Below, in pieces: positions 11,288-23,655 of a stretch of 64,000 nucleotides of DNA. This DNA is from Selaginella moellendorffii (Eukaryota; Plantae; Lycopodiophyta): contig NW_003314301.1 in assembly GCF_000143415.4 (NCBI RefSeq), forward strand, positions 4,930 through 68,929, read 5' to 3'. The first letter of the stretch is position 1. Each line of letters starts with the position of its first letter. The notes beneath the pieces were generated by a model. That model saw only the letters and a list, made by a program, of their open reading frames with translations. It was not told the origin of the DNA and did no database searches. A program made the position numbers and the translations under genes.

Positions 11288-12675
11288 ACTATGTGAGAAA
11301 TGCACCAACTTAAATAAGTTAGAGTAACCTCTTTGTTTAATGCGGATGCACTACCAACTCAAACACCTTCTGGCTATCATTGACAAGGAAATGACCAACA
11401 GAGTTAGCCACCCTTGCTACTTTGGGTGTCACCCAGCTTACAAAAGTGTGATATGCCCCTGCTTGTAGGTGGCATAGAGAGAGAAGCCAAAGGCCCCAAC
11501 CCTTATGAGCAAAGAAACCAAACCCGTTGGTAATGTTTAGATAGACTACTGTAAACAGACAGTAAGAATTGTTTACATGGTCACGCCTTTTAAACGGAAT
11601 CAGGAACATCAACAAAAAGGCGGGATATATGACTAGTCGACAGTAGTTACCCCATGACTAAAGATTTCACCATACACACGAAGTGCTGAAGCCAGTCTGC
11701 CTATACTAGCCCAAACTCAAAGATCAATAGATGGACAATACCAAAGTCAAAGACAATGATATCTTAGAGACTTAAATAACAGTGAATAAATCTTAGATTA
11801 GAACATAAAAGTATTCCAAGTAAGTTATCATCCGATAAACCAGTATTATAGTAGAGGAACCATCAAGATCAACATGATTGGAAAACATAGGATTTACCAT
11901 TCAACAAAATTCAATAATCTGTGTATCATCAAGGAAACTCAATGATAAAATTTAACTATCAAAGATTGTAGATAGCATACTAAACAACTTACAAAAGATA
12001 ACTCAAAGAACACAAAGTATCATTAACTGGCAAACAAAATACTTGCGAATATATCACCCAAAATAACATCTAAATTTATCAGAACTAACTCGACCAACAA
12101 TTAATAGAACAAAGTGAATGCCGCAAAACTAATAAACACTTGTTCATGCCAACTATCACATTAGCTAAAGTCAATAGATTCTTATCAACAATACCAAGGA
12201 ACTAGAGTTGCTAAAGCAAGCGTCAATAACATCTTATCGATGTCTCAAACCCAAAAGACCAATCCAAAGCAAACCACAAAGAACATGTGGTATTGCAAAA
12301 AACCATAAGCCATTAAAGAAGACAACTAACTATCATAAAAAATCATTAGTTATCCCATCAATAAACATATGCATAATCATCATTGAAGAAGGGATCCACC
12401 ATCCTGAAGAATAACAAATCATTATATACCAAAAATAATCTAGCAAAATCTTTGACAAAAATAATCAAGTATCCTAGATGATAGTTAATCATCATCAATG
12501 ATTGCTAAATGCAAAAGCTAATTTCAACATCAAAGCTAATGAGCTAAAGTGCCTTTCTCAACAACTTCTAACAAATGGACCACAAAAATAAAAACTTAAG
12601 GAACCAAAAGCTTGAAGAAGCTTATAGCTATATCTTTCTTAACAATGATCATAAATCTTACATAAACTAACTTCA

Positions 12676-14050
12676 TGTGAGACACAAAATCCCTAGGCCC
12701 CAAAGTGGAGCCGAAAGGGTGCTATATGGTAGTGGCCGAAACAAAAGCCAAATGAGCGTAACACATTTGGACTAAAAGCTCTGATTTGAAAAGGTTGAGA
12801 GCGGGAGTGGAACTCCCAATGAAGTGCTCGAGGAACAAGCACAAAGCAACCAATGAGTGAGTCTCTAGAAAAGGGACACAAGAGGACCAAAACATGACAC
12901 GAGATGGACCCCAGATGGAGTCCAAGATGGACCCGAGATGGAGTCCGAGATGGACTCGAGATGGAGTCCGAGATAGACGCGAGATGGAGTTCGAGTCTAA
13001 GTTCAAGTCCGAGTCTGAGTTTGAATACTAATACAGGCTGTTGGGTGAAAGCCCAAAGCGATCGTCCCCCAGAGGGCAGAGGGGGGCTACAAGGGGTTCC
13101 AAAAGTATAGTAGGGAGAGTGTGGGGGTTGGAGCCCAGTGGAGCTAGTTTGGCCAAAAAAGGCCAATTTGGCCCAGGAAGGCCATACCCAGTGTTGGGTG
13201 ATGAGCTGACCACTGAGAAGTCCAAAACTAGAGTGAATACGGACCGACAAACGGGGTAGCTTGGTGAAGTGTTCAAAAGCCAGCTATAGTTCCCCTGGGA
13301 GATCGAATGGTCAATGCTCCCAGTCCAAGTGTGGGTGGCACTACCTACTTAGATACCAGGTGTGGCTCAATGGAATCTCACTCTAAGCCCATGGCTAGAG
13401 CACCCAAAGGCAGAAAGCGGGAAGAGTACCCATGAGGCCCACGTAGGGCCATAGTGTTTCGAAATGTTGTCCCAAAGTCCTAAACTGTGGAAAGGAAGAG
13501 GAGTAGCCCTTTGGTGTGGTGACTAAGGACACAGTCACACAGTGAGGAAGTCCTAAAGGACCGTGGGACTTAATGGTCGAGCCTGTGTGCCTTAATCTAG
13601 TGGTAGTGTTGGCGAACACAGCCATGGATAAAAAGGGACTTAGTGAGGACTGGAAAGGAGATATTGGGGAAGGTTGTTCCCTATGTCTACAGGCACCCTA
13701 AGGATGCTAAGAAGTGGATCTGGGATGATCACTCATGGACAGATGGCCCAGTCTTGGAGAGACGAGATTGCAATGCAGGTGGCATTGGACCATCAATGTG
13801 ACCAAGGTGAATGGGCATGGCCTAGCGTAACAGGCTGATATGTCGGTGGTACCTTGGGGTGTCGATCATGGGATCGGACACGTGGAGCACTTAGTCCAAG
13901 TGCAAAGGTTAAGTGGCATGGATGCCACTCCTGGGGTCAGCAAGCCCCAAGTCCTAAATTGGACTTATGGAGGTTGTGAGTGAGACTCTTCCTAGTGGTC
14001 GAAAAGGTGGTTAAATGACTAAAGTAGAATGGAAAAATTAGTCACTTACA
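12676..14050 (+). mobile_element. Solo LTR of family C, opposite orientation, short array
   Basis: TGTGAG..CTTACA flanked by TSD CTTCA. Confidence 0.92.
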
Positions 14051-16774
14051 CTTCAATACTAAAGAAAAAATCATAGCACAACCCACAATATCCTTTTAAA
14101 CACATCCAGAAGCTAAATTTTATAATGCAAAACTAATGAAGAGCAATTCTGCATCAATCCAAAAACTAAGTATAACAAAGCTATACTCAACAAGTGACTA
14201 CCAAACCAATCTTCCATGAATCCATTTATAGCAAGATGTAACTCACTTTGTAACAAGCACAAGAAAAATCATCAATGATTGATATATCCCAATTCAAATT
14301 CAACAAAGATTCAAACATTCTAATATTGATCATTAACTCTTCCTCTCGTAAAGTTAGCATTGTCTGTGACTAAATCATTTTTCAAGGAAAAGTTAAAGCT
14401 CAACCTCTACTAAACAATCTCATCTAGAACACAACTAACTCAACTTGCTACTCAATTCATTTAAATGTTAATATAGTTGCTAACTAGCAAATGCACAAAT
14501 GTCAATAACACAAAGTTATAACCAAATCATTAACACTATCTTCATCAAGATTAATGAAACTCAATATCAATCCTATAGAAAGACATCTCATTTCACTTGA
14601 ATCTCAATTTCAACAATATCAACAATAAGGAATTATTTCAATGTTATCAACACCATAATAAAACTAGTAGAAAGCAAGAGTGAACCTCACTCAAAGCTCT
14701 ATAACAATCAAGCTAACCAAGGTCGAAGATACTTTAGTCAATATTCGAGACCAATCTTTCAACAATACTCAGGTACAGATAACACATCATCAAAGAGTGA
14801 CTCACCACATCCAAGACTCAATGAAATCCAACACCACAAACTAAATGCAACCAAATGACATTGACAAATGTAGAATCAATATGCCAACATGGAAAACCAT
14901 ATAAATATATAACACGATCCTCTGCAACACCATTTGGTAAAGCAAACCCATCACTACTAAATCATCATTGAGCAAAGCAAATACTAAAATCCCTCAACAA
15001 AGTTTATAAGTAATCATTAGTCACAAAGCAACCAACAATCACTTTTTAACTTACCTTCACAAGACCCAACACTAAACTCATATCATTGAGTCATATGATT
15101 GTCCAACATGAACATGATACCTCATGTACAAGATAAAGGTTCATAGACAAGCATAAACTAAATGACCACTTGAATCCAACTCAACCGCAATAAGTTCACC
15201 AATACGTTTAACCAATAGCTCTGAGCATGCCTTGAAGAGGTTAGCTATGCATGATCAACATTTAGTCAAAACTAAAGTGAAGACCATGAGATGGACTCAT
15301 ATTGGTACACAACCTCCTCATAGACAAAGCTATAGTATGGGTACTAACATCTAATTAAGTTAGACATCACCATCCTCAACCAAGGCGCAAAGCTACTAAA
15401 TTTAAGTCAAGATCAGTGAAAACTCACTACTCTTATAGAGTCTAACAAAATGCAAAGTGCAACCTGCCACCAAGCACAATGTTATAGAAGAAAGGCACAA
15501 AGGTCATCTTTCTAAAAAAGTGCAATAGCCATTTTTCTATACTAACTCTAGACTCATCTAACTCAATTGTCTTAGCCCTAAAAGTCAGTATCCCTTTCAC
15601 ATCATACAAATTACTTACTAAGGTCTAAGCTAATTGAAGTCAACTCTAACCCCTTTACTAATTCGTACTAACATATGAAAATAGAATGGTTTTCAAGCAA
15701 AATGATCAATAAATCAGCTTTTGGAAAAGCTTATAAAAATTTATGGAAAAATTTTCCATCCTAAAGAAAGAATGACTCTCAGTACAGGAATACAAACTTT
15801 CAAAACTCAACCAACTTCCTTCTACCTACAATTCCACATAAGTTCAACTCAACACAAATTTTCATAATATATAGTATGCTTAAGTCTCGAACATCATGCC
15901 CATATCTCCAAATCCAACACCGACATTCACAAAAATGCAAAATAAACATTCAATACTTGATTATGAAGACCACATCTTCGGATATCCATATTGCACTAAC
16001 ACTCTTCTTCAACCACCTTCAAGATCCAATATGAAGCCAAAACACTAATAAAAAAAATGACATGAAAAACTAAGCTCTAAAGAGAATTCCTCATTACTTG
16101 AAATAATAATGCCACTTCCACTAACACAAGTGCTAGCTTTGTCAATGCCTCAACTACACACCTTCTCCACAAACCCAAGAAACCAAGATACCAACTTAAG
16201 CTTAGTATAATGAATCACTATTAAGAATCCAGTCGAAGCTACTACAATGCCATTACGTGCAAGTAGCTTCACCATCAACCACTTTAGGGTTGATCATTGT
16301 TTAACCAAGCAACTTTGTAAACACATTGCTCATTATCACATAAATATGATATAAGTATCATAATGATTTGATCATCAATTGAGTAGCACCACGAGCAACG
16401 CCCATGTTATTATTACAAAGGTTTATGTGAGTATCAAGTGTTAACTCGATTCGACAAAATACAACATATATGCCACACTCCACTGATAAAGATTTATAAC
16501 ACCTAACACCACTAATTTTTGTTCACAACACGGACAATTTCATGCCACTCTCTTTCCGACGAAATTCAAAACTAATCCAACACCAAGCTACTCAAGGAAC
16601 AATAACAAAGTTTTCCAAAAAAGAATTGAACATTGCAACCCAAATCTTCAATAGCAAACCTAGATGAAATGGTTTAGCACTTCACTGCTATCCATCCTAT
16701 GACTCCCACTTGTAAGACCATCATTTCCAATATGCATCAAGGTAGGGACTCTTGATTGTATGATGTGAACATAA

Positions 16775-17030
16775 TGTAAGTGACTAATTTTTCCATTCTA
16801 CTTTAGTCACTTAACCATATCTCCGACCACCTGGAGGAGTTTCATTCACAACCTCTATAAGTCCAATTCAGGATTGGGGGCTTGCCAACCCCGAGAATGG
16901 CATCCATGCCACTCAACCTTTGCACTTGGTCCAAGTGCTTCACGTGTCCGATCCCCTGATCGACACCCCAAGGTACCACCGACATATCAACCTGTTACAC
17001 TAAGGCCATACCCATTCACCTTGGTCACGC
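16775..17030 (-). mobile_element. Truncated LTR C fragment
   Basis: Starts TGTAAGTGACTAATTTTTCC like the other C LTRs; homology stops at ~17030. Confidence 0.85.
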
Positions 17031-17259
17031 AAACTCGTGCAAAATAGAACATTTTATATCTATTTAATGAGCCTAAGCAAAAGCTCATTTTATCTAGTAC
17101 AAAAGGTAACCAAAATCCATACCTATGGAACAAACGCAAAGTCTTAGGACCCAAATATGTACCCACTTAGATCATCATTTTCATCTCTGCGTATGTAACG
17201 AGATTGGTTGCCCAATCTCATTGGATAGTACTCGTTGAGACTCATTCTCTGATACCAAA

Positions 17260-18385
17260 TGTAGCGCATGTGGTTTTTACCCTTTATCTTATGGTGATTT
17301 ATCATACAAAGTAGAACCTAAACCCTCTATATACCACATGTCATATGCTACATGTCACATGACATGTGTCCAAAGGACAGTGGTGTGGAACCCAAGTTTC
17401 AGAGCCTTGGGCCACTAGATGAAGGAACGGTGCCAAACTCCCAAGCATGGAACCAAAGAGCAATGGCATTACAGCACGGAACGACTCTTGAGCATAGAGC
17501 CCAAAGAATGAAGGGACAAAAACATAGAACAACTTGGAACAGTCCTAGAGTATCTAGCATCCTAATGCTAGAATCAGCATGCAAAATGGAGCCAAATGTA
17601 GTTTGGCGCTATTTCAGCATATTGGTGGCCTAACGCAAAGATATGGGTACTCCACCAGCTAGTATGAAATGGAACTTGGGTTTAGACCTAAGCCAGATGC
17701 AGAACAAGGATAAGCACACAAACGGGAGCTAGACTATGCCTTAAGTTAGTCGGCCATGCCTGACCTACCAACTATCCCTATTATACATTTGGAACCCCCA
17801 TAGCCCCCCCCCCCCCCGCCCCCCCAACCCTCCTCTTCTTGAGGAACATGCACTTTGGGCTTTCACCCCAAACTTCCCTTAGTATCAGGAGTTAGTCTCT
17901 GGGACAAGCTTGAAACTTATTAAATATGGAATATTCTTAGATTGCGAATTTGGACATGGGACGAACACCATTGTGTTCAAGACAATCTCTACATTCCGTA
18001 GATATGCCAAATGAGCAAATCTAGACACTTTCCATAAATACCATTTGAGATCAGAATGAAACTAACACAAAGGGCATGATAGCAAGAATGTTTAACAGAC
18101 ACAGTAAGCTAATATCCAATATCTCAATACTAGCCAGTGCAAGATACAACAAGACGGGAACTCCTTATCAGGCTAAGTATGCTTAGGTAATAGCACGTAG
18201 AAATTCCTTCTTTATGCTCGTCCGGCTTAAATACACTTGAAATGCCCAATTAACTCCACTAGCACAAGAGGGACTAATAAAGGGTCCAACAATATCAACC
18301 TCGTGCCATCATAGCAGTAAAAAAAGAGTGTATGTAAGGACTGGCCAATAGGCAACTTTTGATACCTGAAATTACATTTGTGACA
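17260..18385 (-). repeat. 5' LTR of element B
   Basis: TGTAGC..TGACA; PBS adjacent. Confidence 0.88.
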
Positions 18386-19680
18386 AAGTTTAATTTATAC
18401 AAATAATGTTACTATTCCTTCACAACAACAATCACAATAACATACAACTCCTTGTCTCGAGTAGGCAATTCCACTATATAATATCAAACTTATGGCTCAT
18501 AACTATGAAAGAATGTTGTTTAGTCACCTTAACATTTGTTGACCCCTTCAAAATAATCTTTATTCTGATGCTTAGCCTTATGACAATGAAAATAATTGCC
18601 CTCTACCTTGTCCTTCTCTCTTTAGTCTAAATGAAATTTCTTAGCTTCATTACTATCTCCATGCTTTGAGCCATGACATAGTAATGGCCATTTCTTCCTT
18701 GAATATGAAACATTGGCAGGCTAGTCATCACGTTGACTACCCCATAGACATCCTGTTGACCAAAGTTGACTGAGTTGACTAATGGTTTGGGCAAAAAGAT
18801 TTGAGCCTTAGTGATAGCATCAATCAACATTTTGGAAAATCCTTCTTGACTTTCTAATGCACATCCATTGAGCTTAAACCTTTGATAAAATATTGCACCT
18901 TTAACAGCTCATTAAAAATATCTATGAGATTAAGGCAAAGATCATGGAACTGATGGGCATACGCATCTAAAAACAAAGTCCTCTATTTGATCTTTAGCAA
19001 CTGGTTCACAAGATCAATCTTTTCAAATTTCTTGACAAATGAAATGTAGAAAATTCATTCTAAGAAATTGTTTTAGAAGTAGTTTTGATGTAATTCTTCC
19101 ACCACGAAGAAGCATGGCCCATGAGCTTCGTCAAAAAAAAAAAATCTTTACGTTATCCTCGTAAGAATTATAAGACTAACAACTTTCTCATAATTCCAAC
19201 CAAGAATCAATCTCCTAGCTATTACAAATATTTAGTAATGATTTCCATTCTATAATACCATAATCTTTATGGAATGTTTAATGTACCAATGGTAATCATA
19301 GATATGAGATTGATTCAACCCTATATGAAAGAGGAAATCCTTAATGAGATTGATGGAATTCTTAACTTCTTTAATGACATTCTAAACCTTAATAATCTAG
19401 CAATTATGCCACATTACAACACCATTGAGAGTTTTTTCCTCATTGTTATGACTATCATCACTAACACCATACTTCTCATCAAAATCTATATTCCACTCAT
19501 TTACCATCCCTAAAAGAACAACTACTACAATACCAATGAAATGAATAAGGAATAAACCCTAGGCCAACCTCCCAATCCCACATACCATGAAATATTCTTG
19601 GAATATTATTGTGGTTCATGTCACAAGTTCTAATGGATAGTTGCCCTTAGGGATTGGATCAGCCTTTGGTGAATAGAAAC
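18386..19680 (-). mobile_element. Internally deleted gypsy remnant (gag fused to RNaseH piece)
   Basis: Degenerate gag (GHASSWWK region; paralog at 49075-49338); duplicated at 48440-49975. Confidence 0.75.
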
Positions 19681-19728
19681 TTGTATATGCTCTAAAAATA
19701 TAATACTTATATAGTGAATATTCTATTA

Positions 19729-20506
19729 TCAACCAAAGTTTTTCATACTACCATCAGATTTGAGCTTGCTGTTGCCCACAGATGTCAAAATACTCTGGTT
19801 TCTGTTTTTTCTCTTGTAGGCATAGTCATAACTGGTGGCATTTAGAGCTTTGTCATCTAGAGGGTGGTGAAAACGTGCTACACATATTTGACACGTATAT
19901 CTGAAAGGGATACATTTGCGGTAACCTCTCTTAACAGAAAAATCCAACACTTTGTGTAGGTGAGCTTAAACATGTTGGAATTTTTGCTGTGTCTTCAAGT
20001 AAACAGATTTGGACATCACGAAGCTCTTTGTGGACAAGGTACGTGGGCTGGCGGCGATTTTTGAACTTATATTTTCCTTACTTTTTGTGTTTAGTCCACA
20101 TGATTTTCTGGTCCTTTGGTCACTGGTTCGAAGCTCTTTATTGCAGAGGCCAAACAATTACTCTCATATTTGAATCAACGGTGAGAAATGTTGTCAAAGT
20201 GACCTCACTCTGGTTCTCATACATTCCCAGAGCATGGTTCTACAGAGGAGATTCACCAAACGATAGTCTCGGTAATCAATGCTGATTTAGTTTGTGTTTG
20301 TGTGCTCTAAGTTGTGTTCGTTATTTTCGACCTGTCAGATTGCTTAGGCATTGTACGATTATGGCTCCGGCAACGAAAGTGCTGTCTCTTCACTCTTGGG
20401 ATCATGCTAGGGAGGTTTGCCTGTGTATTCATTGTGGAGCCTCGAATGAACAGATGAAGTGAGTTCGTATCACATCTATTTGAAAGAAGATCTTCTCAAT
20501 CGTTAG
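19729..20506. pseudogene. TTC38-like (TPR) gene fragment with internal inversion
   Basis: HSHNWWHL, EAKQLLSYL and GASNEQM motifs; 19795-20456 is inverted relative to 50157-50900. Confidence 0.72.
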
Positions 20507-20542
20507 CCCTTCATATAAAGCTTGGATTAGGGCAAGTAGAGC

Positions 20543-21499
20543 CCTGGCTGGACGACGATGCCACTTATCAGTGCCTCCTGCGAGTGTCGCTCTCATCCCA
20601 CGACCAAATGCGCAAGGTGAGCCGAGCATGGAGGAATCTCTTCTCCAGCGACAAGTTCTACAATGCCCAGGGCTTGGATGAGGAGATTCTTGTCGCGATG
20701 GTGAATCTTAATGGAGAGAAGTTGATGATGGCGTTCAATCCAAGTAGCACCAAGAAAGCGTGGATGCCCTCCGCCAAACTTCCACGGCACAGGAGGCAAG
20801 TGTAGGGCCCTCAGCAGTCTTGGGGGATCGGACTGGAAGAAATCGGTGAGCGTCTTCGATGCATACATGAACCGATTGAGCGCTGTGGCACCAATGCTGT
20901 GTCCTCGAAGATTCTGTGCGTCTGCGACTATGGAGGTCGGCTCTACGTCGTGGATGGCAACTTTGACGAAGTAGAGGACGCCCGAGGTATATGATCCAGT
21001 GGAGGACCGATGGGATCCTCTTCCTCCACGACCAGAGACAATATCCTTTGGCAGCGTCACTGTCCTCAATGGCAACAAGATGATTTTGAGCACAACGTTA
21101 ATTCTCAAAAAGATGTTTGTTTTCTCGGTCTGAGGTCTTTCCTGGGAAATGGCAGACATCACTGCGTTGCCTGGGTGCCACTACTTTGTGCACTCCAACT
21201 GGATCTACAAAGCTGACATGGCCGGATCATGGTGGAGATATGAACGTGGCAATAACTCATGGGAGGCGCTCCAGTTGACTAACGCTTCTTCTGGCCAAGA
21301 CATGTTTTTCTTCAGCATTGTGAGCTGCCAGAACAACATTTGGAGAGTCTCAAAGAATTGCAAAGTTGCGACAATGATCCAAGTTCCTAGCAATGGCAGC
21401 CTGGAAGCCAAGGTGGTGGCAGTTTACAAGCTTAGGGTGCCTTTCAGGGACAATCACTTCATTTTCAGAACCTTGGACGTTGACGTTCTTCGAGCTTGA
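20543..21499 (+). pseudogene. F-box/kelch-repeat protein pseudogene
   Basis: CLLRVSLSSHDQMRKVSRAWRNL; kelch TMEVGSTSW/EVYDPVEDRWDPLPP; frameshifts and stops; paralog of 4030-4837. Confidence 0.8.
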
Positions 21500-21676
21500 T
21501 GTAAATGTATCAGCTACTACTATACAAGGATGTCATGTTTGTAGCAAATGCTTGTGAATGGCTTTTTGTCTGAAATTACAAAACGTGTATTTCAGAGACA
21601 CTCTTCCCCAGATCCTTCAACGTCTAAGTTCCTGGAGCTTAATATTTATGTCATTTTAATTTGAAGGAAATGCTAA

Positions 21677-22080
21677 TTACCTTCTTTGTCTTATTTCTGT
21701 TCCTACCTGCAGATCACTGCACACAGCTGCGATCTTCATTCTTCCCAGCAATTCCAAAATTTTGGAGCAGCTGCCTCTGGACGCATAGCCAGCGAGGAGA
21801 GCGTTCCACGAGATTAAAATTGGGCTAGGCATCGAATCAACGTTCGCACTCCTGGGAGGAGATGCATCACCGCCGTCCGTGCATATCCAATGGCCTCGCT
21901 GCAAGACCATTGAGTATTCTCCGAGCATCTTCCAGGTGGAATATGCTGCCCGCATGGCATTCTACGTCACGTACGTCATCACGTCGAAAACCTCCTTGGC
22001 TCGGGCCAATTGTGCCAGTACGTGCAGACCAGGAGTAGCCGTGCTTGGATCAAATGTCATCGAAGACCTAGCGTGCAATA
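21677..22080 (-). pseudogene. PPR protein fragment
   Basis: AREVFDVM and LISWNALLAGYA motifs, frameshifted. Confidence 0.65.
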
Positions 22081-22559
22081 CCCGCACTCCAGCATTTCCC
22101 ACAGGTGCACGAATGGATCTAGTTTCTAGTGGAAGCTTTACTTTTGCTTTCCTGTTTTGTAGCTTGCGCTCGTCTTCTTCATGTCAACCGCGAGATCCTG
22201 ACAATGCAATCGAGCGATGGTTCTTGGATCTTGTGAGATCAGGGCCTTAGAAACTATAGTGAAATCCCTGTGAATTTAGAGTGGTTCATAGATCATCCAT
22301 AGTTTTACAAATCCAATCAGTCACTAACCTGTTGATTTGTGAGTGGCTGGAGCACTTCTTGAGATCGTGGACGGGAACGCTTTAAGCTTTTAAAACTTCT
22401 CACTATCCCAAAATTAGTTGATCACTTGATCTGGATCTCTGTTTTGCCACCTTTCTCTAGCTCTCCAGATTGCCAAATTCACGACACTAAGTTGAGCTGC
22501 CTGTGAATAACTTGAGAACTGTTCGCAAAGGTAGATATTGAAAGCCATGCATGTTATCT

Positions 22560-23655
22560 TGATTTGTAGAGCACAGTAGACAATGATCAGCTTGTGTAAT
22601 GATTGGTTCATGTTGAGCAGCACAAAACCACCATCGTTCCACTTCTGGCATTCCTAACCCAAAGCTTTCTTGTTAAGGTCACTCCACGAATGTGGAGTTC
22701 ATTGTTTTCTATCCCAAGCCTGGATTGCATTTGAGCAGGACAGCTTTTCTGAGTGACAAGCTCCAAAGAGAATCTTCATCAACTTGTCCCTGAAACTAGC
22801 AGACGCACACTCCTTGTCACAAGCTTCCTATTCTAAAGCACCAATCCCATATCTCTGCATTGTCCTCACAAGCTTTGTCCAGCTCTTCTTCTACTGTTGC
22901 TAGTAGAATTTCTTCTTCCACGAGTTCTTCACGCTCTGCCTGAATGTCAGCTTCGTCCACTTCAAAATTTCCTTGGCCTATCCGTACATCCTCATCTTCC
23001 AGATCAAAATCTTGAGAATTTCCAGCACCTTGATCCTGCTGCCTTGGACCTTAAGAAGCTCTCCTTGTCAACTAACTCTCGAAGCAAGGGTAAGGAAATA
23101 CCTGCAATTCTCTTGCCATTCCATCTGTAGCACCGCCTGATCCTTGCTTTTACTGCTGGTGCTACCGTCCTGAATCCATTGCTTGATTTGCACCACAAGA
23201 TCCTACTGCCATCCCAAATCCGTGTAGCACTGCCAGATTGTGTTGCTGCGGCTGCTGCTAGAACCCTAAATATCCAAGCTCGTGGAATAGTTGAAGGGAC
23301 GGTCCAGATCTTGAAACTAAATGAACAGTCAATTTTCACAGCCACATACATGATTTCCTTAAATCATCTAGTGTTTGAGAGCGATAAAGCTGGAGACTTC
23401 CTCGTTGGCAGGAAGTTAGATGTATCTGGCTAGGAATGCTGGCCTTGGGACATGGATGCACAGCTCGATGGTGATCACATGTTGAAACCACACCCTGGAT
23501 ATGAGGTTATGCGGCTTGTAGATGATCCTGTCCTGCTCCAGACACGTCTCCACCAGGAGCCCCATGTGATCCTTGTCCAGCAAAACATTCTCATAGAACT
23601 CATGGTTGCCCATTACAAAAACTTGATAAAACTTCCGCCCATTCCAACTTGACAT
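22560..23655 (-). pseudogene. Unidentified decayed gene fragments
   Basis: Coding-like composition with an acidic stretch (EREELVEEEILL..EEELDK) and a 79-aa ORF; family not recognised. Confidence 0.3.

Larger units (their letters stand above)
8300..18385 (-). mobile_element. LTR element B (~1.13-kb LTRs, no recognisable coding capacity; LARD-like)
   Basis: LTRs 8300-9439 and 17260-18385; iMet PBS TGGTATCAGAG at 17247-17257; PPT at 9440-9453; TSD AAGTC/AAGTT; empty site seen at ~48625. Confidence 0.88.

Noticed and set aside
11337-11615. 92-aa ORF inside element B as a captured gene
   Set aside because: No recognisable homology in the frames I read
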